From the IMG/VR virus record IMGVR_UViG_3300030099_005838: a DNA stretch of 64,000 nucleotides; one strand, 5' to 3'. The translations under genes were made by a program, and so were the position numbers. The notes beneath the pieces are model-generated. The model did no database searches and had not been told where the DNA came from. It saw only the letters and a program-made list of their open reading frames with translations. This DNA is from a virus. Shown here in pieces: positions 20,237 to 30,707 of this stretch. Every line of letters begins with the position of its first letter. Positions within the stretch are counted from its first letter, which is position 1.

Positions 20237-20523
20237 GATATAAAACTTCTAGAATATTAAAAGATGGTGAGGGAAACAGATATTACAGGCCAACTATAAT
20301 TCCAAACATCCCATTGAGTGACTCTGATGTATTTATTAATCCAAGATCAGGTGAACGGTTAGATTCTTTGGCACAAAGGTTTTACGGAGACTCAACACTA
20401 TGGTGGATAATTGCAAAAGCAAATGAATTAACGAATGGGGTTATTGGTTTGAATCCAGAAGAAAAGCTTAGAATACCTACAAAGATACAACCTATTTTGG
20501 AGAGTCTAAGAAGGAGCTCATAA
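20233..20523 (+). CDS. Baseplate wedge protein with LysM-like fold (gp53-like)
   Basis: GERLDSLAQRFYGDSTLWWIIAKAN...LRIP; ATG 20233 overlaps the upstream stop (ATGA). Confidence 0.8.
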   Translation: MRYKTSRILKDGEGNRYYRPTIIPNIPLSDSDVFINPRSGERLDSLAQRFYGDSTLWWIIAKANELTNGVIGLNPEEKLRIPTKIQPILESLRRSS

Positions 20524-20524
20524 A

Positions 20525-23500
20525 ATGTCTACTTTCGAAAGAAATATTCATCCTAACATTCAGACAGAATTAAATAATAGAGAAATACTATCAGAGGGTA
20601 GGCCACGCCGCGAAGCCGGTGATACGGGAGCTACAGGTAATATATCATTTGCGGATATGGCATCGAGAACCACATACTCCATTATGGTAACAAACTATGG
20701 ACATTCAAGTCAAAACATAAATAAAGGTATCGCAGGTGGTGAATTTTTTGAGAATAAAAATGAAGACGGGAGTGCTGGAGAACTATTTGAAACATTGAAT
20801 GGTTTTAGATTTCCAGAAGGCGATGGTACATATAGAAATACCATTGCAGGTGGTGGTGTAGGAATAAGACCTATATGTGGTATAAAATCAATTGTTATGG
20901 AATTCCTAAATGCAAATGGGGTTAGGAAGGCTACGGTTAATTGGAGTGCACCATCGATTGATTCTCTTGAAGAATTCAAAGATTTCCTCAGAGTAGGTAC
21001 TGCGGTTGCATTACAATTTGGTTGGGTGTGGCCAACGCGAAACGACCTCACAGTAGACAATAAAACCTTTATAATAGTAAATAAAGAAACTAATCGAATA
21101 GAGGTTGACCAAACAATATTAACAAATCCTTATGCTGGTATAATCGAATCTAAAGGTAATATGGATGCATTAGGTGGTTTCGTTTCAAACTTTAGTTCTA
21201 AGCTTAGGGATGATGGTGGATTTGATTGTGAAACAATCATAACAGGTTTTGGTATTTCATTTTTACAAGATGTTGGTGCGATGGAGAGTGGTGCAGAAAT
21301 CACACTAAGACTTCAAGATGAAGTAAGAAATGCGTTACAAGATTACGAAGGTAATTATTCAGATGTGGTGAACACATTAGGTAATTCACTAAGAGATGCG
21401 GGTATATTTTCTGAAGACGATGAGAACTCTTTGGTTGAGGCCATAGCGTATAATGATTTATTTCATGCTGTATTGAATTTAGACTCGATATGTAAGGAAC
21501 TGATGGGTATAGAGTCGGAAAAACAAGAACAGGAAGATATCAATTTTGTTGACGATTTAGCATCACGTTTCGAGAGAGGTGAAATTACACAAGAAGAATT
21601 TGAACAAGGTTTAGATAATGATGGTAATGATGATTTGACTGCACAGTCTGGTGGAGGTGTAGAAAGAACGGATAGTGGATACGGAGATGCGATAGAAGGG
21701 ATGTTTAAGATAGACTCTACAGCTGCAAATATGTTTAGTATATCCAAAGAAGTCAAAATTACTCCTCACAATCAAAGATGGAATAAGAATTACAAATATA
21801 AAGAAGGTGACATAATCACCGACTCTGATGTTTATGTCAGATGGGGTTGGTTAGAAGATAACGTCTTTTCTAAGTACTTAGCTATAGTTGACGATAGTAA
21901 TGATGTTCTTTTGGATTTCAGAAGTATTCAGGATTTTAAAAATCCGATAATATCAAACTACGTTTCATATAATCAAGAAATGAAACCAAAGGATTTTTCG
22001 AAGGTATTTTGGGCATCTTCTAATTGGAGCTTCAATGCGGCCGACTTTGACGATGAGGTAAATCAGAAGCCTGAAAAGGAAACGAAACTCATGGGAATTC
22101 TAAAATATAACTATAGAACCGGAGAAGTTTTCACAATAGGTAGAATGATAGATTTAGCAAACAAATTAAATCAGAAATTGAGTTCTTTCAGAGAGTTTCA
22201 GGATAATCAGAATCCAAATTTTGGTAGAATTAGAAATATGTTTGTAAATGTTAGTGCTGTTCAAGAAGCATTTGGATTCGACACAACTACTAGAAATAAT
22301 TTAGATAGTCAAGGTTTTTTGAAGGAAAAACCTGTACCACAAAGTTTGAAATCAGCAGTCGATAAATTGATTGGATATTTACAAGACTCATTATACGGTG
22401 TTCCTGACTTGATGTTGGAATCCGAAGCGGCAAGATACTCGATAGTAGATAAATCCATTGAAGCATCAGGAAATACAAAAGCTTACACCACAAAAACTAG
22501 TGCTGGACAAATTATAAAAAACGGATTATTTAGATTCGAAAGTTTTTCAAAAAACAGTATCGTTAAAAATCAAAACTTAGAGTTCAACATACCCGATAAA
22601 TTGGGTAGTGCAGCTTTCTTAAATGCAGGTGGTAGTCTTAGTACTAAAGGTAATACTGAGGAAGAAAAATTTATGAAAATTACCAAAGCGGATGGATTTC
22701 CTGCAAATTCATTCTTACCAAATCCAATCAAAAACCCGAAATCAGGTGTAGATAAAGCAAATCCTAATAGAACTTTGAAGAATCAAGATAATGACAAATT
22801 TGTTTACTATGGCGGATTAGTTGAACTAAAAGATTGGAAAAAAATTCCTTTGAAAAGTTCCCATGATAAAAATATTTCCTCTAAAGAATTTATAGGGCCG
22901 GCGGTTCCAAAAGAGGGTATGTATATAGATGCAATAACCGATGAGATAATTAGCATTACTAAAAATGAAGATGGCTCACATTCATCAGCTATAGTTGATG
23001 AAGCTGCGATGTATCTTATCGATCAAAGTAGGGAGAATAACTGGTTAGAATGTATAAAATTAGATTCTAAATACGAACCTTTATTAAAAAAGATTTTCAC
23101 CCAAACAGGAGTATCTGCAACACAGAGTGTTCGCGATCCGATAAATGAGTGGGCTAATCTAAGTTTGGAGATAGATGGTATAGGAGGATTGAGACCAAGA
23201 ACAATGTTAAACGTCAGTTACTTACCTCGTAAATATAATCTAGAAATATTTACAGAGGATGAGGTAAGTTTGGGTCCATGCTTCTATTTTAATATAACCA
23301 GCCTTACACAGAAAATAGATGATTCCGGTTGGACTACAAGTTTCGATACTATTATGAGAATAAATGATGTAGCATTTGATTACGCAGCAGAATCGGGAGT
23401 GTTTAACACCACTAATGCGATAGACTCTCTTTCAAGACAGTTTAAAGGTGCAAAACCTGAGTCACTTGTGGATAAGTTAAAAAAGATATTAGAACCTCTG

Positions 23501-24532
23501 GCAAAAGCTAAACAGAAGTTTGATAAATTTATGGCAGATGCAGAAGAATACCAGTTAGATTTACAGAATGCATCATCTAATCTTGACTCAAATAGAGCCG
23601 CTCCATACACCGAAGCATATCAAAGGTATAAAGGCAAAAAGGATATAGAGGAGATTGGAGACTTTGCCGATTCTGAATTGGATAATATGTTAATAGGTTT
23701 GGATGAGCTTGAGTTATTCGATGTTGACGAGTCAGGTGATGTAGTTGGATTTGAAACAGAGGTATATGAAGATGAAGATAAAGAAAAGTTTGCAGGGGTG
23801 AGAGGATTGATGCAATTTTTCAGAGAGGGTGCTCAGGCTTTAGGAACTGCAGGACAGGTAGCAACAATCCCACTTAGTGTTCTTTATGATAGCGTCAAAG
23901 ATGGACTTTTTGTAGAAGATCCAAATGCAAAAAAAGTTGAAAATTTAGCTGACGGAGACTCCTCAACACAAAGTGCTGGTAATAAAGAAATAGATATACC
24001 CACTGCAGAAAATATACAACAACAGAATGATAGACTTTCTACCTTTTCACAGATAAGAAATTTGATAAAACAACAAGCTACTAATGTAGCAAATGTTGCA
24101 AACAATGTTGGACAACAACTACAAACTGAAGTAGGATTATTAGCAGGTAGTGGAAATACTCCACAAAGACAATTAGAAACTATCAAAATTAGAGCTGATA
24201 AGGTATTAGATAGATTGGGATTATCAAGATTACCAGACGGTAGTGTGCAAGAATTATTAAAAGATGTGGATGTATTTGTTTCTACCGGTGAAGTAAAAAC
24301 GAGTTTAGCCACTGGAAAATTTGCTAGAGTTTATAGTGGTAGAGGTACAGCTAACACTTTTAATTTTGAAAATGAAGATGTTCCTATATCATTTTCCTTA
24401 GAAGAAGTCGAGGGAACTCCATTTAATTCAGAACAGGAAGCATTAAATTCTATATCTGACGAGAGTAGTATTTTCGTAGAAATAGTTAAGAACAATTTGA
24501 TTATAGAAGCAGAGGGCTTCTATAATACATAA
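20525..24532 (+). CDS. Large baseplate hub-like structural protein
   Basis: N-terminal P..GIKSI........RKATVNW.......LE...FLR.G....LQFGW and late LSLEIDGIGGL.P.....V.YLP..Y segment; tail-module position. Confidence 0.6.
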   Translation: MSTFERNIHPNIQTELNNREILSEGRPRREAGDTGATGNISFADMASRTTYSIMVTNYGHSSQNINKGIAGGEFFENKNEDGSAGELFETLNGFRFPEGDGTYRNTIAGGGVGIRPICGIKSIVMEFLNANGVRKATVNWSAPSIDSLEEFKDFLRVGTAVALQFGWVWPTRNDLTVDNKTFIIVNKETNRIEVDQTILTNPYAGIIESKGNMDALGGFVSNFSSKLRDDGGFDCETIITGFGISFLQDVGAMESGAEITLRLQDEVRNALQDYEGNYSDVVNTLGNSLRDAGIFSEDDENSLVEAIAYNDLFHAVLNLDSICKELMGIESEKQEQEDINFVDDLASRFERGEITQEEFEQGLDNDGNDDLTAQSGGGVERTDSGYGDAIEGMFKIDSTAANMFSISKEVKITPHNQRWNKNYKYKEGDIITDSDVYVRWGWLEDNVFSKYLAIVDDSNDVLLDFRSIQDFKNPIISNYVSYNQEMKPKDFSKVFWASSNWSFNAADFDDEVNQKPEKETKLMGILKYNYRTGEVFTIGRMIDLANKLNQKLSSFREFQDNQNPNFGRIRNMFVNVSAVQEAFGFDTTTRNNLDSQGFLKEKPVPQSLKSAVDKLIGYLQDSLYGVPDLMLESEAARYSIVDKSIEASGNTKAYTTKTSAGQIIKNGLFRFESFSKNSIVKNQNLEFNIPDKLGSAAFLNAGGSLSTKGNTEEEKFMKITKADGFPANSFLPNPIKNPKSGVDKANPNRTLKNQDNDKFVYYGGLVELKDWKKIPLKSSHDKNISSKEFIGPAVPKEGMYIDAITDEIISITKNEDGSHSSAIVDEAAMYLIDQSRENNWLECIKLDSKYEPLLKKIFTQTGVSATQSVRDPINEWANLSLEIDGIGGLRPRTMLNVSYLPRKYNLEIFTEDEVSLGPCFYFNITSLTQKIDDSGWTTSFDTIMRINDVAFDYAAESGVFNTTNAIDSLSRQFKGAKPESLVDKLKKILEPLAKAKQKFDKFMADAEEYQLDLQNASSNLDSNRAAPYTEAYQRYKGKKDIEEIGDFADSELDNMLIGLDELELFDVDESGDVVGFETEVYEDEDKEKFAGVRGLMQFFREGAQALGTAGQVATIPLSVLYDSVKDGLFVEDPNAKKVENLADGDSSTQSAGNKEIDIPTAENIQQQNDRLSTFSQIRNLIKQQATNVANVANNVGQQLQTEVGLLAGSGNTPQRQLETIKIRADKVLDRLGLSRLPDGSVQELLKDVDVFVSTGEVKTSLATGKFARVYSGRGTANTFNFENEDVPISFSLEEVEGTPFNSEQEALNSISDESSIFVEIVKNNLIIEAEGFYNT

Positions 24533-24540
24533 GGGATGTA

Positions 24541-25422
24541 ATGGCACAGACAACAACAGATAATAGTTCAGAAGTAACCACAGTTAACACAACTGTGGAA
24601 CTAAATAGGCAAAAGATTTTTAAGATAAATGAGTCTAAGAAATCAGATACTGCGATTGTCGATTCGTTGATTAAAAGTATCAATAATAAAACCGATAGAG
24701 TTGAAACTGGTTTTTTTGCCGAGCAAAATGAATTTGTGTATAGAAAGGGAAGAAGACCGGTTAAGAAAGGAACACCTTATCATATACATTACACCACAGA
24801 TTTAAAGATATATTATATGACAAGACTTCAACATTCACAAATACTTTCGGAGTTGATTACGAGAGTTTCCAATCTCAGTACCACAGAAATTTATAATAGA
24901 TTAAATCCGCAACAATCTATGATTTTAAAACCCACAATTGTCATACCAGATATAGAGGATTATAAGAAAGAATATATAAAAAGGTACTTTGCTAAAAAAA
25001 CAAATGAAAAGTCAAATATATTTGAAATATCCGAAAAAGACTTTCAAAGGTCTCCACTTTACGATTACGCGGAATTGAACTGGTTTATAAAAGGAGATAG
25101 ACAGCTAGTAAAAGAAACAAATATAATTTCTATCAATATGGCTATTGGAGAATATAACTTTCCTGGTTTGAAAAAAGTCATACCTGAATTTCAGTATTAT
25201 AGAGAACAGGAGGGTTTGAATAAAAAAGAAAATATTGAGAGAAAACTTCAACCTATGATGGGGCAAAATACAACATCAACCACACAGAGTCAAACTGGCC
25301 AACAACAACAACAAAGTAATCTACCATCACCACCATCAGGCTATGGAGCCGGTACACAAGCACCTCCAACTACAGGTGGCTCAGCAGGTACAGGCGGTGG
25401 TGGCGGAGGCGGCTCATATTAA
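24541..25422 (+). CDS. Hypothetical protein with Q/P/G/T low-complexity C-terminus
   Basis: Ends ...GQQQQQSNLPSPPSGYGAGTQAPPTTGGSAGTGGGGGGGSY. Confidence 0.7.
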   Translation: MAQTTTDNSSEVTTVNTTVELNRQKIFKINESKKSDTAIVDSLIKSINNKTDRVETGFFAEQNEFVYRKGRRPVKKGTPYHIHYTTDLKIYYMTRLQHSQILSELITRVSNLSTTEIYNRLNPQQSMILKPTIVIPDIEDYKKEYIKRYFAKKTNEKSNIFEISEKDFQRSPLYDYAELNWFIKGDRQLVKETNIISINMAIGEYNFPGLKKVIPEFQYYREQEGLNKKENIERKLQPMMGQNTTSTTQSQTGQQQQQSNLPSPPSGYGAGTQAPPTTGGSAGTGGGGGGGSY

Positions 25423-25424
25423 AT

Positions 25425-25454
25425 TTGTATTTGAGTTTTTAACGTAATATTTAT
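25425..25454 (+). promoter_or_regulatory. Putative promoter TTGTAT-N17-TATTTAT upstream of thyX
   Basis: Recurrent motif with conserved spacing. Confidence 0.6.
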
Positions 25455-25476
25455 AATAAAATCAAAGGTTATATAA

Positions 25477-26169
25477 ATGAAAAGTCAAGTCTTAGACAAA
25501 GGCTTTATTGAAGTTGTTGATTCATTAGGAGATGATTTAACAGTTGTCAATTCAGCCCGAGTATCATTCGGTAAAAGAAAAACAAAGTTCGATAAATCAG
25601 ATGAAAGATTAGTTCGTTATCTAGCAAAACATAAACACTATTCTCCATTCAGACATCTACAGGTTCAGTTCCATATAAAAGCACCTGAGTTTGTGATGAG
25701 ACAATGGTATAAGCATGTCGTTGGCATCGAAACATCATCATCTAGTTCTACGAAAGACCATGCATGGAATGAGATAAGTGGTAGGTATGTACCTGTTGAG
25801 GACTTCTATGTACCAGAAGTTTACAGAGCACAATCTGAAGATAATAAACAAGCATCAGAGGGTGAGGTGGAGAATCAATCAGATGCTCAGAAACTATGGA
25901 TGGATGCACATTGGTATGTCGTTGGCTTCTACAATGATTTATTAGAGATGGGTATGGCAAAGGAACAGGCCAGAGCTATTCTACCTTTATCACAATACAC
26001 AGAAGTTTATTGGACAGCATCATTTCAGGCGGTTATGAATTTCATAGAGTTACGAAATGAAAAAACCTCACAATGGGAAATACAAGAATATGCAAAAGTA
26101 TTGTTAGAACAAATGAAAGAAGTGTTTCCAAAAACAACTGAACTATGGAGTGAAGCCCACAATTGGTAA
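25477..26169 (+). CDS. thyX: Flavin-dependent thymidylate synthase
   Basis: VVNSARVSF, H.SPFRH...QF.I.APEFV.RQW.KH, WNEISGRY, A.EQAR..LP...YTE.YWT. Confidence 0.92.
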   Translation: MKSQVLDKGFIEVVDSLGDDLTVVNSARVSFGKRKTKFDKSDERLVRYLAKHKHYSPFRHLQVQFHIKAPEFVMRQWYKHVVGIETSSSSSTKDHAWNEISGRYVPVEDFYVPEVYRAQSEDNKQASEGEVENQSDAQKLWMDAHWYVVGFYNDLLEMGMAKEQARAILPLSQYTEVYWTASFQAVMNFIELRNEKTSQWEIQEYAKVLLEQMKEVFPKTTELWSEAHNW

Positions 26170-27455
26170 TAGTTGAATCTCAAAAAGAATGGGATGATTT
26201 TTTAGATAAGTTTAAATCAACTTCATCATTGATTGTACCTGTACAATGTGATGATAATAAACACCCTCTTACCACAAACTTATGTCTATTATATGTTGTT
26301 GAATTAGAAGACACTTTTGAGTATATTCTGCCTTTCAATCACACAGATACAATAAACTTAGATGTAGATTTATTAGGAGAGTTAGAAACAGATGAATCCG
26401 TATTCACTTATGATAAGAAAAAGTTGGCACATTTTCTCAAACTAAAAAATGTAAAAGACTTACAGATGTTGAAGTATCTGAAAAAGAATGAACCTTTGGT
26501 GATAGAGGATACCTTAACTAATGCACATGAACATTTTCATAGAATAAATTGGGGTAGGGAAAATCTAAATTGTGTCATACCTATTCTGAAACATTTACAG
26601 GCATGTAGAAAGGTTGTTGATATAGTTAAGAAATGTGTAATGTACAATACAGATGAACCTTATGATACCTATAATAATATCGTATTAGATAATCTACAAC
26701 GCATAGAGAGTAATGGATTACAAACTACAGATGGTATGGTTTATTCAGAATACAATCCCTACACTGCTACAGGTCGGCCATCTAATAGATTCGGTGGTTT
26801 GAATTTTGCAGCATTGAATAAAAAAGACGGGAGTCGTAAAAAGTTTATAAGTAGGTTCGGTGGTAAAGGTATGTTGGTTGAGATGGATTACGATGCTTAC
26901 CATTTAAGATTAATAGGCGATGTGATAGGTTACAAATTCCCTAATGGTTCTGTACATGAGCATATGGCGAAGTTCTATGGGGTTGGGTATGATGAGAGTA
27001 AAGGATTATCGTTTCAGTATTTGTACGGACACATACCTGAAGAGGTGTTGAAAATCAATCCATTCTTCGAAAAAGTACAGAAATATATAGATAAAGTTTG
27101 GTACACATTTAAAAAGGATAAATTTATATTATCTGATATTTATAATAAGAAGATATTTATGGAAAATCTGTCAGATATGAATAAGAATAAACTATTTAAT
27201 TATCTTATTCAGCTAACAGAAACAGAAAACAATATGAAGGTATTATCTAAACTGATACCAAATATAGACAACTTCAAAAGTAGATTAGTTCTTTACAACT
27301 ACGATAGTTTTCTGTTTGATTTTCACATAGAAGATGGTGTTGATTTTTTGAAGAGGGTTAAAGATGCTATCGAAGATGATGGTAAGTTTCCTGTTAAAAT
27401 AGCAAAAGGTTGGAACTATCATGAAATGGAAGATATAACGGAGAAGTTCAAATGA
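26163..27455 (+). CDS. Compact family-A DNA polymerase-like protein
   Basis: TATGRPS; motif A EMDYDAYHLRLI; motif B K...F..LYG; motif C variant YNYDS. Confidence 0.8.
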   Translation: MVIVESQKEWDDFLDKFKSTSSLIVPVQCDDNKHPLTTNLCLLYVVELEDTFEYILPFNHTDTINLDVDLLGELETDESVFTYDKKKLAHFLKLKNVKDLQMLKYLKKNEPLVIEDTLTNAHEHFHRINWGRENLNCVIPILKHLQACRKVVDIVKKCVMYNTDEPYDTYNNIVLDNLQRIESNGLQTTDGMVYSEYNPYTATGRPSNRFGGLNFAALNKKDGSRKKFISRFGGKGMLVEMDYDAYHLRLIGDVIGYKFPNGSVHEHMAKFYGVGYDESKGLSFQYLYGHIPEEVLKINPFFEKVQKYIDKVWYTFKKDKFILSDIYNKKIFMENLSDMNKNKLFNYLIQLTETENNMKVLSKLIPNIDNFKSRLVLYNYDSFLFDFHIEDGVDFLKRVKDAIEDDGKFPVKIAKGWNYHEMEDITEKFK

Positions 27456-29446
27456 TTACAGACTTGAATAAAATATTAGTCGAATGGGCTTACCAGGTTA
27501 AAAATGGTAAACCAAATCACAAAAGTACCAGAGATTTAATTGTATTGGATTCTGTGTTAAAGGACTTCGGATGGAACTTGGTTGAAAGAAATGAATTAGT
27601 AAATAATTTAACAGAGGTAGATATAGTCAAAAATAAAGATAGTGGTAATATCTATACAGTTCAAAATGTTAATAAAGATAAACATACACTCATCAAAAAG
27701 AATGCTTCTGAAGATGATATAAAAAAGATAGAGAAAGATAAAGAAGATAAACCTGAAAAGAAAAACATCACTAAGGATTTTGCATCCGAAATAGATAATG
27801 AGTATTACAGTAAAGAAGTCATACCAAGTGATGAAGAGTATGAAAAAACAAAACCACCTCAGTTACAGTTGAAAGAAGGAGCTGAACCTCTAAAATTTAG
27901 TGATGAGGAGATTGAATTTCTATCAGGTAATTATCCTAAAAAATATGTTAAGGTGTTAGAGAGGATTATGAACACTCAAAAAACTGGCACATTTGAACCC
28001 AATATTAAAAGTTTTACTGATGCTGCTGGTGCAGGACAAATATCATCTACTGCAGGGGAAATTTTAAGTATGATGACAATATCAATGACGGATGAACAAA
28101 TGGGTTTACTAGAACAAAAATTAGGAGAACATTTTGATAATATAGATGATTCAATGTTCAAAAAAGGTTCTAAAAAAAGTAAATTAATAATTGATAGAGA
28201 TTGGTTTGAGTCATCAAAAGGAGCTCGTATTACTACACATAGTAGATACGATGATATGTATGGAAAAGGGAATTGGAAAGTAACTGCTTCTTCATGGGAT
28301 ACTAAAAACGATGTGAGGGCTATGGGATTTGATTACTCTAAAAAAGGATTTTCAACTGATGCTTTTTTCAGACTTGATGTTAATGGTGAACAATTATTAG
28401 ATGAAGTTTCTTTCAAAAAAGATTTAGAAATTACACTTGCACAACCATCCGTATCTACTGCTCTAAAATGGACATTGACTGATGAAGAAAAAGCAGAATA
28501 TGATGATATGGTTAAACAGTTGGAACAAAAAGACGAAAATGGAAAAGACTTAATAAGAGGTAAAAAAAGAACTGAGTTAAACGCAAAAAAGAAAGAATTG
28601 TTGAATAAAAATATCGATATGTTAGGAGAGGGAAATCCTAAATTAGCTTCTAAAAAAGAACTTGACAATGCAATAAATATATTGGATAATATAACTGATG
28701 AACAACTAACTAAACTACAAAATCTTTCTGATGATGAAATAGAAAAATCTAAAGTAGATGCCAAAGGAAAAATATATCTGAAAAAAATGTCTGAATTATT
28801 GAAGAATATTGAACCACCAATGAGTAGGGAAAAACTACAACAGATAGAAAAAACTAAAGCTGTAAAAAACACCAAAAAAGCTGCATCTTTATTTAGTAAG
28901 GCATTAGGTAACAATGGTGATGATGCCATGAAAAAAGCATATCAAGACCACATAGGTATCGTCAAAAAAATGGGTGACCAATTTATTAAAAATCTTATAG
29001 ATGTGCCTGAACTTTATGACGGTGTTATGTCGGATGTGAGAAAAAAATTCCCTTTAAAAAGTTTACTAGAAGGTGAGGAACGTATGTGTTTTGGGGGAGT
29101 TACTGCAGATGAGATAGTTTCTAAAGAAATATTTGGTACTGATAATTATGATGAAATAGAACAGAAACTAAAAGTATTACCACCAGACCCAAGTAAAAAA
29201 GGTGATACAAAATATGAAAAGTTTAGGTTGGGTTATCAAGCAGAAGCAGGTGGAAAAGAGGTAATAGTCGCAGATATGTATGTTAGACAAAGAGGATTAG
29301 GCTATTCAGAGTCACCTAATTTCTCTATGGAAATTGCAGATGATTTTAAAGAAGAAATAGTAAAAACAAATCAAAAACTTGGAAGAGAAATATACGATCC
29401 ATATGTAGGTGCGAAATCATTTATTAAAAAATATGGAAATGAATAA
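27452..29446 (+). CDS. Hypothetical Lys/Asp/Glu-rich protein, possible PD-(D/E)xK-like nuclease segment
   Basis: 664-aa ORF; STDAFF...LDEVSFKK resembles a D..E-x-S-x-K catalytic motif. Confidence 0.55.
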   Translation: MITDLNKILVEWAYQVKNGKPNHKSTRDLIVLDSVLKDFGWNLVERNELVNNLTEVDIVKNKDSGNIYTVQNVNKDKHTLIKKNASEDDIKKIEKDKEDKPEKKNITKDFASEIDNEYYSKEVIPSDEEYEKTKPPQLQLKEGAEPLKFSDEEIEFLSGNYPKKYVKVLERIMNTQKTGTFEPNIKSFTDAAGAGQISSTAGEILSMMTISMTDEQMGLLEQKLGEHFDNIDDSMFKKGSKKSKLIIDRDWFESSKGARITTHSRYDDMYGKGNWKVTASSWDTKNDVRAMGFDYSKKGFSTDAFFRLDVNGEQLLDEVSFKKDLEITLAQPSVSTALKWTLTDEEKAEYDDMVKQLEQKDENGKDLIRGKKRTELNAKKKELLNKNIDMLGEGNPKLASKKELDNAINILDNITDEQLTKLQNLSDDEIEKSKVDAKGKIYLKKMSELLKNIEPPMSREKLQQIEKTKAVKNTKKAASLFSKALGNNGDDAMKKAYQDHIGIVKKMGDQFIKNLIDVPELYDGVMSDVRKKFPLKSLLEGEERMCFGGVTADEIVSKEIFGTDNYDEIEQKLKVLPPDPSKKGDTKYEKFRLGYQAEAGGKEVIVADMYVRQRGLGYSESPNFSMEIADDFKEEIVKTNQKLGREIYDPYVGAKSFIKKYGNE

Positions 29447-29847
29447 TGAGAACACAATTACTATGTACATTTGCAATTAGGTCTCGTATCGAAGACATCA
29501 CTAGAATTATTATGGAATGTAATGATATACTATACAATAAAATATATGTATTTGAAAATCTAAATGACGATAGTCAATTAATCTGTACATATAATGTTTC
29601 ATATGAGGATGGACATTTATCAGAGGATATTCCTAACACTATATCTTTACATAGAAAGAAGCAAACAAACACATTGTATTCAATTAATGCACTTAATGAG
29701 GTTATCAGAAGTCTAAACAATGGTGTGTTAGATAAAAAGTTTCCTGTACCTTGGGAACAATACAGTAATACCTTACTACTTACAAACGAAAATGGCCTCA
29801 ATAAAATCCCAACAAAACTTTATCGAATTATTAACACGAAAGCGTAA
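29446..29847 (+). CDS. Conserved phage hypothetical protein
   Basis: MRTQLLCTF...TYNV...NTISLHRKKQTNTLYSINALNEVI; clean ORF coupled to the previous stop. Confidence 0.7.
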   Translation: MRTQLLCTFAIRSRIEDITRIIMECNDILYNKIYVFENLNDDSQLICTYNVSYEDGHLSEDIPNTISLHRKKQTNTLYSINALNEVIRSLNNGVLDKKFPVPWEQYSNTLLLTNENGLNKIPTKLYRIINTKA

Positions 29848-29853
29848 AAAAAA

Positions 29854-29883
29854 TTGTATTTAACTAAAAAGTTATATACTTAT
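29854..29883 (+). promoter_or_regulatory. Putative promoter TTGTAT-N17-TACTTAT upstream of ssb
   Basis: Recurrent motif with conserved spacing. Confidence 0.55.
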
Positions 29884-29943
29884 TATTGGTTACGATAGTA
29901 ACTTAAAATTAACAATTAACAAATTATATTAGGAGAATAACAA

Positions 29944-30702
29944 ATGGATATTAATTCTATTCGCAAGCGTCTTAATCAATTACAGACAACAAATAATAGA
30001 ACATCAAACTTATGGAAACCACAACCAGGTAAACAGGTGATTCGTGTGGTGCCTTACTTACACAATAAAGATAATCCTTTTATCGAATTGTTTTTTCATT
30101 TTGGTTTGAATAATAAATCCTATCTTTCACCTATTTCATTTGGTCGTCCAGACCCAATTGAAGAGTTTGCTCAGAAATTAAAACAGAGTGGTAACAGAGA
30201 AGAGTATCAGATGGCTCGTAAGTTAGAAGCTAAGATGAGAACTTTTGCACCTGTTATTGTTCGTGGTGAGGAAACGCAAGGTGTTCGTTTTTGGGGATTT
30301 GGTAAAACTGTTTACCAAGAACTACTTTCAGTAATCGCAGATCCAGACTATGGTGATATTACCGATCCTGTAAATGGTCGTGATGTATCAGTAGAGTTTA
30401 TAACTGCTGAAGAGAGTGGTGCTTCTTTTCCAAAGACATCAATTCGTGTAAAACCAAATCAAACTCCAATCGTTAGTGATAAAGCTCAACTTGAAAACAT
30501 ATTGGAAAACCAAAAAGACATTACTGAATTATATCAGGAAAGGTCTTACGAAGAACTTACAGAAGTTCTGAATGAATGGTTGAATCCTGATGATTCCTCT
30601 GTTGAAGAATCAAAAGAAGAAACCGTTGCTCCAGCTTCTCTAGCAACATCTACTTCTGTAGAAGATGCTAGTTCCGCATTTGACGAGTTATTCAGTAAGT
30701 AA
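29944..30702 (+). CDS. Single-stranded DNA-binding protein (T4 gp32-like)
   Basis: WKP..G...IR..P......PF.E..FH, GVRFWGFGKTVY, DITDP..GRD, acidic tail ending FDELF. Confidence 0.9.
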   Translation: MDINSIRKRLNQLQTTNNRTSNLWKPQPGKQVIRVVPYLHNKDNPFIELFFHFGLNNKSYLSPISFGRPDPIEEFAQKLKQSGNREEYQMARKLEAKMRTFAPVIVRGEETQGVRFWGFGKTVYQELLSVIADPDYGDITDPVNGRDVSVEFITAEESGASFPKTSIRVKPNQTPIVSDKAQLENILENQKDITELYQERSYEELTEVLNEWLNPDDSSVEESKEETVAPASLATSTSVEDASSAFDELFSK

Positions 30703-30707
30703 TCACT

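Noticed and set aside
11489-25422. Bacterial contractile injection system (eCIS/T6SS/tailocin) instead of a phage tail
   Set aside because: It is contiguous with a complete T4-like replisome and nucleotide-metabolism genes on the same strand.
25735-25752. Poly-Ser run in ThyX as a sign of inactivation
   Set aside because: It falls in a variable loop; the flanking KH and NEISGRY residues are intact.
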